This document shows positions 58,898 to 64,000 of a stretch of 64,000 nucleotides of DNA, piece by piece. This stretch comes from an uncultured Chloroflexia bacterium (GTDB taxonomy: Bacteria; Chloroflexota; Chloroflexia; Thermomicrobiales; UBA6265), in contig CAVRUC010000002.1 of the NCBI GenBank assembly GCA_963724295.1, forward strand, positions 192,001 through 256,000, in the 5' to 3' direction. Both the position numbers and the translations under genes were made by a program. Every line of letters begins with the position of its first letter. The stretch's first letter is position 1. Under the pieces are notes generated by a model that had not been told where the DNA came from, did no database searches, and was given only the letters and a program-made list of their open reading frames with translations.

Positions 58898-59890
58898 TTA
58901 GCTGGCATCAACCAGCTCCACGACCCGCGCAAACTGCGCAATGGTCTCCGGCGTGCAGGGATCGAGCCCGGCCACGAAGTGCTGGACGCCGAGCTCCCGG
59001 AAGCGCAAGATCGTCGCGGCGATCTCCTCATCACTGCCGCGGATCGGATCGGGACGCTTGCCGAGGTACCCCGGCATGGCGATGTTGCCGCCGGCGGTGC
59101 GGACCAGTGTCGCCGGATCCCGGCCGACGTCGCGGCAGGCCTCGTCGACCGCGGCCATCTGGGGCACGATCGCGTCGGGGTCCCCATGCCAGACGGTGTT
59201 CCAGGCATCGGCGTAGCGAGCGATGATGCGCAGCATGCGGTGGCCGGTAGAGCCGACCAGGATGGGTGCGCCGGTAGGGCGCGGTCCACGCGGTCGATTG
59301 ACGGCGTCGCGCGCCTGAAAGAACTCGCCCTCGAAGTCGACGTGTTCCCCCCGGAGCAGTGGTTGGATGATTGCCATCGCTTCTTCGAAGCGGCTGACAC
59401 GGTGATCGAAGGGAAAACCGAACGCGTCATACTCCGGCTCGTGCCACCCCGCGCCGAGACCGAGGATGACCCGCCCCCCGCTGATGTCATCGATCGTCTC
59501 CGTCATCTTGGCGACGAGACCCGGATTGCGGAAGCCGGTGCAGGCCACGAGCGACCCGATCTGGATGCGCTCCGTGGCGCTTGCCAGACCAGCCATGGTC
59601 GTGAAGCATTCCCAGACGCCACGGTCCTCTTCATCCGAGGGTACCTGGAACTGGCTACCAGGCTGCGCCCGAAACACGAGATGATCGATGATCCAGACGG
59701 CATCGAAGCCGGCGTCTTCGGCCGTCCGGGTCATGGCCAGGATATCGGCAAAGTGAGGCGTGCCCCCAAACGCGGAGTCCTCGGCGATCGGCAGGATGAC
59801 TCCGATGCCCATCGGGCGATTGCTGACCGGCCAGCGACTTTCCGTGGCGGCCGCCACTCCCACTCCGTCCCCATCCCCGCGTTGCGTCAT
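58898..59890 (-). CDS. LLM class (possibly F420-dependent) oxidoreductase
   Basis: AEDAGFDAVWIIDH, LASATERIQIGSLV, DDISGGRVILGLGAGW, ARYADAWN. Confidence 0.92.
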   Translation of the reverse strand: MTQRGDGDGVGVAAATESRWPVSNRPMGIGVILPIAEDSAFGGTPHFADILAMTRTAEDAGFDAVWIIDHLVFRAQPGSQFQVPSDEEDRGVWECFTTMAGLASATERIQIGSLVACTGFRNPGLVAKMTETIDDISGGRVILGLGAGWHEPEYDAFGFPFDHRVSRFEEAMAIIQPLLRGEHVDFEGEFFQARDAVNRPRGPRPTGAPILVGSTGHRMLRIIARYADAWNTVWHGDPDAIVPQMAAVDEACRDVGRDPATLVRTAGGNIAMPGYLGKRPDPIRGSDEEIAATILRFRELGVQHFVAGLDPCTPETIAQFARVVELVDAS

Positions 59891-60031
59891 CGGTCTCCCC
59901 CAGCACGACTCCATGGCCCAATGGGTGGTATCGCACGCCTCGCGTCAGTGGCGACCACTGGGACCGCAGAAACAGCGGAGCCCCTAACAGGAGGGGCTCC
60001 GTTACTCAGCTGGAATGATCGTACTCCGGAA

Positions 60032-60244
60032 TCACTCCAGGGAGCGGTCGATCCCACGCGAGGTCGGTGGTTGCACGAGCCAGGCGCCGCCGAGCAAGGC
60101 AAGAACCAGCCCAATGACGACGCCGATGAGTTGCTTCCAACCGAGCCCAACGCCGCCGCCGGTAAGGTTGAGCTGGTCGGCGAAGAGCGAGCCAATCGTC
60201 AGCAAGGCGCCGACCACCAGCATGACGGCGGCCGTGATGCGCAT
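60032..60244 (-). CDS. Small two-TM membrane protein
   Basis: Two hydrophobic helices around ADQLNLTGGG.GLGWKQ. Confidence 0.6.
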   Translation of the reverse strand: MRITAAVMLVVGALLTIGSLFADQLNLTGGGVGLGWKQLIGVVIGLVLALLGGAWLVQPPTSRGIDRSLE

Positions 60245-60481
60245 TGCGGGAGTTGCACCGGCTTGTGGTTTCACAGGAACGACTCCGGCCTACTGGGTGC
60301 TCGAACGGAAACCCTGGACTGGAACGACCATAGTGCGCTGCGAGAAAACCGCGTTACCATGCGCCGTTCGAGGGTTCCAAGTATATCATGGCAACATTGG
60401 GCCGCCTGCGTTAGCGCGAGTTTGGTCCAGATTCGGGCGCGGCCTTATGATCGAGACCTAATCGGCGAGGGCCGCCAGAAA

Positions 60482-60500
60482 AGAACATTTGTACTATACT
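60482..60500 (+). promoter_or_regulatory. LexA (SOS) box GAAC-ATTT-GTAC adjacent to -10 TATACT
   Basis: Resembles the Gram-positive/Chloroflexi GAAC-N4-GTTC/GTAC box; upstream of SRAP gene. Confidence 0.75.
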
Positions 60501-60535
60501 TGAGCGGAACCAGAATCGGAAAGGAGCATGCCCAC

Positions 60536-61225
60536 ATGTGCGGCCGATACGTGATCGAAGGCACCACCGAGCTCTCCGAGCGCTTCCAGCTGCGCCAGAT
60601 CCCCGCCGATCTCTTCCCGGAGTGGACGACGTACAACGCCGCCCCGACCCAGCTCCTGCCAGTGATCGTCGAGGACGCCGACGGCGAGAGGACCGCGTTG
60701 CCCATGCAGTGGGGTTTGATCCCGCGCTGGCGGCGACCCGATGGCAAAGCCGGCGTGGCGCCGATCAACGCCCGGGCCGAGACGCTGGACGAGAAGCCAA
60801 TGTTCCGCGGCCTCATCAAGGCCAAGCGCTGCATCGTCCCCGCGAGCGGCTTTTACGAATGGCGCAAGGTCGATGGCCGCAAGCAACCCTATTACCTCAC
60901 CTCCGAGGACGGGGAAGCCTGGGGGCTCGCGGGACTGTATGACCTGACTCATGAAGATGAGAACGACGCCGCCGGGTCGTTCACCATCATCACCACCGCC
61001 GCCAACTCGCTCGTCGCGCCGCTGCACGAGCGGATGCCGGCCATCCTCCGTCGTGAAGACGAGGAGGAATGGGTATCACGCGATGTGACCGATCCCCTCC
61101 AGGTCGAGCGGCTCCTGCAGCCCTATCGCGAAGATGCCATGCGCATCTACGCGGTAAGCCCGGATGTCAACAACACGCGTCACAACGGCCCCGAGCTGAT
61201 CGAGCCGGAAGAGGGTGATGGGTGA
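60536..61225 (+). CDS. SOS response-associated peptidase (SRAP/YedK/HMCES family)
   Basis: MCGRY start (catalytic Cys2), YNAAPTQ, WGLIP, INARAET, GFYEW, LHERMPAIL. Confidence 0.95.
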   Translation: MCGRYVIEGTTELSERFQLRQIPADLFPEWTTYNAAPTQLLPVIVEDADGERTALPMQWGLIPRWRRPDGKAGVAPINARAETLDEKPMFRGLIKAKRCIVPASGFYEWRKVDGRKQPYYLTSEDGEAWGLAGLYDLTHEDENDAAGSFTIITTAANSLVAPLHERMPAILRREDEEEWVSRDVTDPLQVERLLQPYREDAMRIYAVSPDVNNTRHNGPELIEPEEGDG

Positions 61226-61320
61226 CGGGGTAATTACGGTCGCTCCGCTCGCTGGTGATGGGTGATAGGAAGAACGAGTAGATCGTCTCCTATCACCCGA
61301 TCACCTATTACCCATTACCC
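61218..61320. repeat. GGGTGAT/ATCACCC REP-like repeat between convergent genes
   Basis: gggtgatgggtgacgggg..ggtgatgggtgatagg..cctatcacccgatcacctattaccc. Confidence 0.7.
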
Positions 61321-61905
61321 TCCAACCGTCGTCTCCACACCGCTGTCGCAGGTGGCGCCGCCCTCCGGACCGTTGCCGGCGTAGCGTTCGATGAAAGCCT
61401 GCAAGCGCGGATCGTTCACGTCGTCCAGACGGAGCTGCGCGCCCCACGCCGATGCCACGACCAGATCCTCGAGTTCAGGGTAGGGGCTGATCAGTACGTA
61501 CTCCTGACCCTCGGCGAGCTCCGCCAGGCTCTCCCGATCGCTCTCTGGCAGATCTGGTTGGTACGTGATCCAGACCGCTCCGTGCTCCTGCGAATGAACG
61601 GCGTTCTCGTTCCGCACCGGAGCGTCGTAGACCATGCACCGCTGCCAGGATGGATCGTGCGGTCCGCCTGCCGGAGGATCTTGCGGATAGTCGACGGGGT
61701 CCGTGGTGTGATCCGCGGATGTGACCTCGAATGTCTCGACCCCCGGAATCGGCGTCGCTTCCGCCACGGCCGGATCGAAGATATCGGCGCCAGCGTCCGG
61801 CGTTGGGCTCGCCTCTTGGGCGAGCACGCATCCCGACAGTGTCAGGATGCCGATGCCAAATGCGGCGCTCATAGTGGCGATGCGAACTCTAGACAGAAAC
61901 GTCAC
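61315..61905 (-). CDS. DUF3105 domain exported protein
   Basis: H...VDY.QDPP.GGPH...W..C.VY, ENAVHSQEHGAVWITY, ASAWG; GGAGG RBS. Confidence 0.88.
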   Translation of the reverse strand: MTFLSRVRIATMSAAFGIGILTLSGCVLAQEASPTPDAGADIFDPAVAEATPIPGVETFEVTSADHTTDPVDYPQDPPAGGPHDPSWQRCMVYDAPVRNENAVHSQEHGAVWITYQPDLPESDRESLAELAEGQEYVLISPYPELEDLVVASAWGAQLRLDDVNDPRLQAFIERYAGNGPEGGATCDSGVETTVGG

Positions 61906-61982
61906 GGATCTCCTCCACACGAATACCACAGTGCCCTCTCCGCGGCACGCGCAAGATCGTGACCACGCGCTAAACCTCGTGA

Positions 61983-62828
61983 TCAGGCCATGTGCTGGAT
62001 GACGGCGGCCCAGGCGACCAGCTGCGCCACGAACGCGGCTCCGAGCGCGAAGCGCGCCGCGAAGCGATCGATCGGATGCAGGAACCAGGCAACGACAAGA
62101 AACATGATCGTGATGAAGAGCGACATCGCCGGGAGGCGCCACAGCACGCTCGGTGGTCCCCACAGATCCGGGTTGCCCGCCGCATCGAGCCGAATCACCA
62201 CCGGCGAGGGGATACTCCCCATTCGCACGGCCAGGAGCAACGCCATCACCAGGACGCTTGCGGCGTTGATGCCGATCAATGCCAAAGCCGTCTGATCCGC
62301 TACCAGCGACGATCCGGCGACGACCCGCGGCACCCCGATCGTGACGGCGGGACGAGCGCCGCGGCCGCGCGCACTCGCCGTGCTGGCCCGGCTACGCCTA
62401 GGCGCTCGGCGGGCCCCGGGTGCGGGTTCGCGACCGCTCCGCACCGAAGCAGGTAGGCGGCGCGCGCGGCGCGGGGCGACAGATGCGTCGAAGTCGAGCT
62501 CCGACGGCATCGCCTGGTCAACCCCTTCCAGGGGAGCTTCATCAAGCTCGAGCTGCCAGGCCTCGGCATTGAGAGGATCGTCGGCGGGGAGGAAAGGGTC
62601 GTCATCCGCCGCGCGCGACGGGCGAAGTGATGGCTCGGAGGGATCAGCGGCGATGTTGCGCGTCGGCAATCGCGGCCGGTCACCAGTCATTGGCTGATAC
62701 GGATCATACGGAGCGATCGGTGGTGCCGCCGGCGGCAAGGAAGAGCGTCCCGACGGCCGCTCCTGTGCGGTCTCCTCGCCGTCGGCATCGTCGTCATGGG
62801 GACCGGAGCCGCGACCATGCTGGGACAT
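61983..62828 (-). CDS. Hypothetical membrane protein (disordered N-terminus, three C-terminal TMs)
   Basis: AGGAG RBS; TM helices flanking RLDAAGNPDLWG. Confidence 0.7.
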   Translation of the reverse strand: MSQHGRGSGPHDDDADGEETAQERPSGRSSLPPAAPPIAPYDPYQPMTGDRPRLPTRNIAADPSEPSLRPSRAADDDPFLPADDPLNAEAWQLELDEAPLEGVDQAMPSELDFDASVAPRRARRLPASVRSGREPAPGARRAPRRSRASTASARGRGARPAVTIGVPRVVAGSSLVADQTALALIGINAASVLVMALLLAVRMGSIPSPVVIRLDAAGNPDLWGPPSVLWRLPAMSLFITIMFLVVAWFLHPIDRFAARFALGAAFVAQLVAWAAVIQHMA

Positions 62829-62933
62829 CGCTCCCGCTCCTGTCTGGCGCGCGGGGCGCGCGCGTACCTCGACCGACGCCGCCGTGGCCTGGATTTCAGG
62901 ATAGCACGGTCGTTTCCGCCGCCTGCCCGAGTG

Positions 62934-64000
62934 CTACCCGGAGGGCGTGCCAGCGATAGAGATTGCAACTGGTGTTGCTTCGGGAGTCGCGGCGGGAAGT
63001 GGTGTCGGCGGCGGCAACGGCGGTGCCCCGACTGGAGGTGCGAAGTCGCCAGCGAAGGGGGTTGGTGTCGGCTCCAGCGTCGAGGTTACGGTCAATCCCG
63101 CCCGCTGCTCCTCGAGCCAGCGCTCTCCGGCCGCCTGCTGCAGGCGATTGATTTGCAGGTCGGTCAGCGGCCGATCCGGATCTCGCTCCGTGCCCTGGAT
63201 CACGTGCCACCCGAACTCCGTTTCGACCGGTTCGGAGATGGCGCCCGGTTCCAGGACGAAGGCGGCCTCGGCGAACGGCGCGACCATTTCCTCTCGGGTG
63301 AACCAGCCGAGGTCGCCACCATTTGCGGCGGTGCTTTCGTCGGTCGAAAGCTCCCGCGCGACTGCCGCGAAGTCTTCTCCACCCTCGGTCACCCGGGCGC
63401 GAGCAGCCTCGGCCTCCTCCCGCGTAGGAAGGAGGATATGCGCCGCGTGCACCTGCGGTGCGCTCTGCCCGACAGTCGCCGCGAGCGCATCGCTGACTTT
63501 CTGCCGGGCCAGCGCGGGCGCGGCCACTAACCGCTGGTAATCCTCCTCGGAGAGGTGCGCCAGGGGAAATACGTCGTTTGCGAATTGGGCAAATCCCGCC
63601 TCGGCGGTGGCGCGTGCCTCCGCGGGGTTCGGTGTGGCCGCCGGGGCCGTGGGAACGCTCTCCATTGGTGTGGCGGCGGGTGTTCCTGCCGCGTGTGTCG
63701 CCGCGATGGGTGAGGCCATACCCGGCGTGCCAATGACCGGCGTACCAGTAACCGGCGTGCCTGATACCGGCGTTCCGGCGACCGGTGACTCCACCGGCGT
63801 GGCAAAGAGTGACGCGGCGGTGCTGGTAGCCTGCGCTGCTCGCTCGGCGGTCAGCGTGGCCGTTGGGCTGGGAGCGATCAGCGGTGCGCCCGGCGGTGCG
63901 AAGCGGTTGAGCGCGAAGGTGCGGATCTCGTCATCGGTCATCTCGATCCCCAGATCGTGCATGCCCTGGAGATAGACCTGGTCGTCGATCATTTTCTCGA
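62934..64000 (-). CDS. PpiC-type peptidylprolyl isomerase (PrsA/SurA-like), partial
   Basis: VHAAHILL, FAAVARELSTD, NGGDLGWF, MVAPFAEAAF, PVETEFGWHVI; N-terminus beyond window end. Confidence 0.92.
   Translation of the reverse strand, partial: EKMIDDQVYLQGMHDLGIEMTDDEIRTFALNRFAPPGAPLIAPSPTATLTAERAAQATSTAASLFATPVESPVAGTPVSGTPVTGTPVIGTPGMASPIAATHAAGTPAATPMESVPTAPAATPNPAEARATAEAGFAQFANDVFPLAHLSEEDYQRLVAAPALARQKVSDALAATVGQSAPQVHAAHILLPTREEAEAARARVTEGGEDFAAVARELSTDESTAANGGDLGWFTREEMVAPFAEAAFVLEPGAISEPVETEFGWHVIQGTERDPDRPLTDLQINRLQQAAGERWLEEQRAGLTVTSTLEPTPTPFAGDFAPPVGAPPLPPPTPLPAATPEATPVAISIAGTPSG

Noticed and set aside
58892..60535. N-terminal 548 aa of the 777-aa ORF, suggesting a SRAP fusion
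   Set aside because: Antisense to the LLM gene; SRAP needs Cys at position 2, and its own RBS and promoter lie at 60480-60535

Overview
High-GC bacterial chromosome segment. Gene content and style (secreted proteins starting A|QEA/QDA, many STAND-TPR regulators, GAAC-N4-GTAC SOS-type box) suggest Chloroflexota, probably Thermomicrobiales; this is inference, not a database result. Conserved flanks: kdpD/kdpE-like pair, two SH3 + Rpf/lytic-transglycosylase-like genes, a SAM-I riboswitch controlling an ssuBAC-like ABC transporter, glutaminyl cyclase, the rpmH-rnpA-yidD-yidC-jag-pfkB operon, an oligopeptide-binding protein, yitJ, argS, a LuxR-STAND/acyl-CoA ligase/serine hydrolase cluster, a doc-abrB toxin-antitoxin pair, a SRAP gene with SOS box and a PPIase. 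These surround an accessory region (~19-45.7 kb). The best candidate for an undescribed system: three paralogous exported proteins with five conserved Cys and a conserved C-terminal WAF(F)NP-x3-C peptide, each with a sigma70-like promoter. Two of them sit tail-to-tail with STAND-TPR regulators that share a TPR sensor but carry different N-terminal effector domains (class III cyclase versus SARP/BTAD). The region also holds a three-copy activator-type promoter motif driving small-protein genes, and a twin-RND pump with a miniature adaptor. Several single-base frameshifts, including one in argS, suggest indel errors in the assembly. No rRNA, tRNA, CRISPR array, integrase or transposase was recognised.
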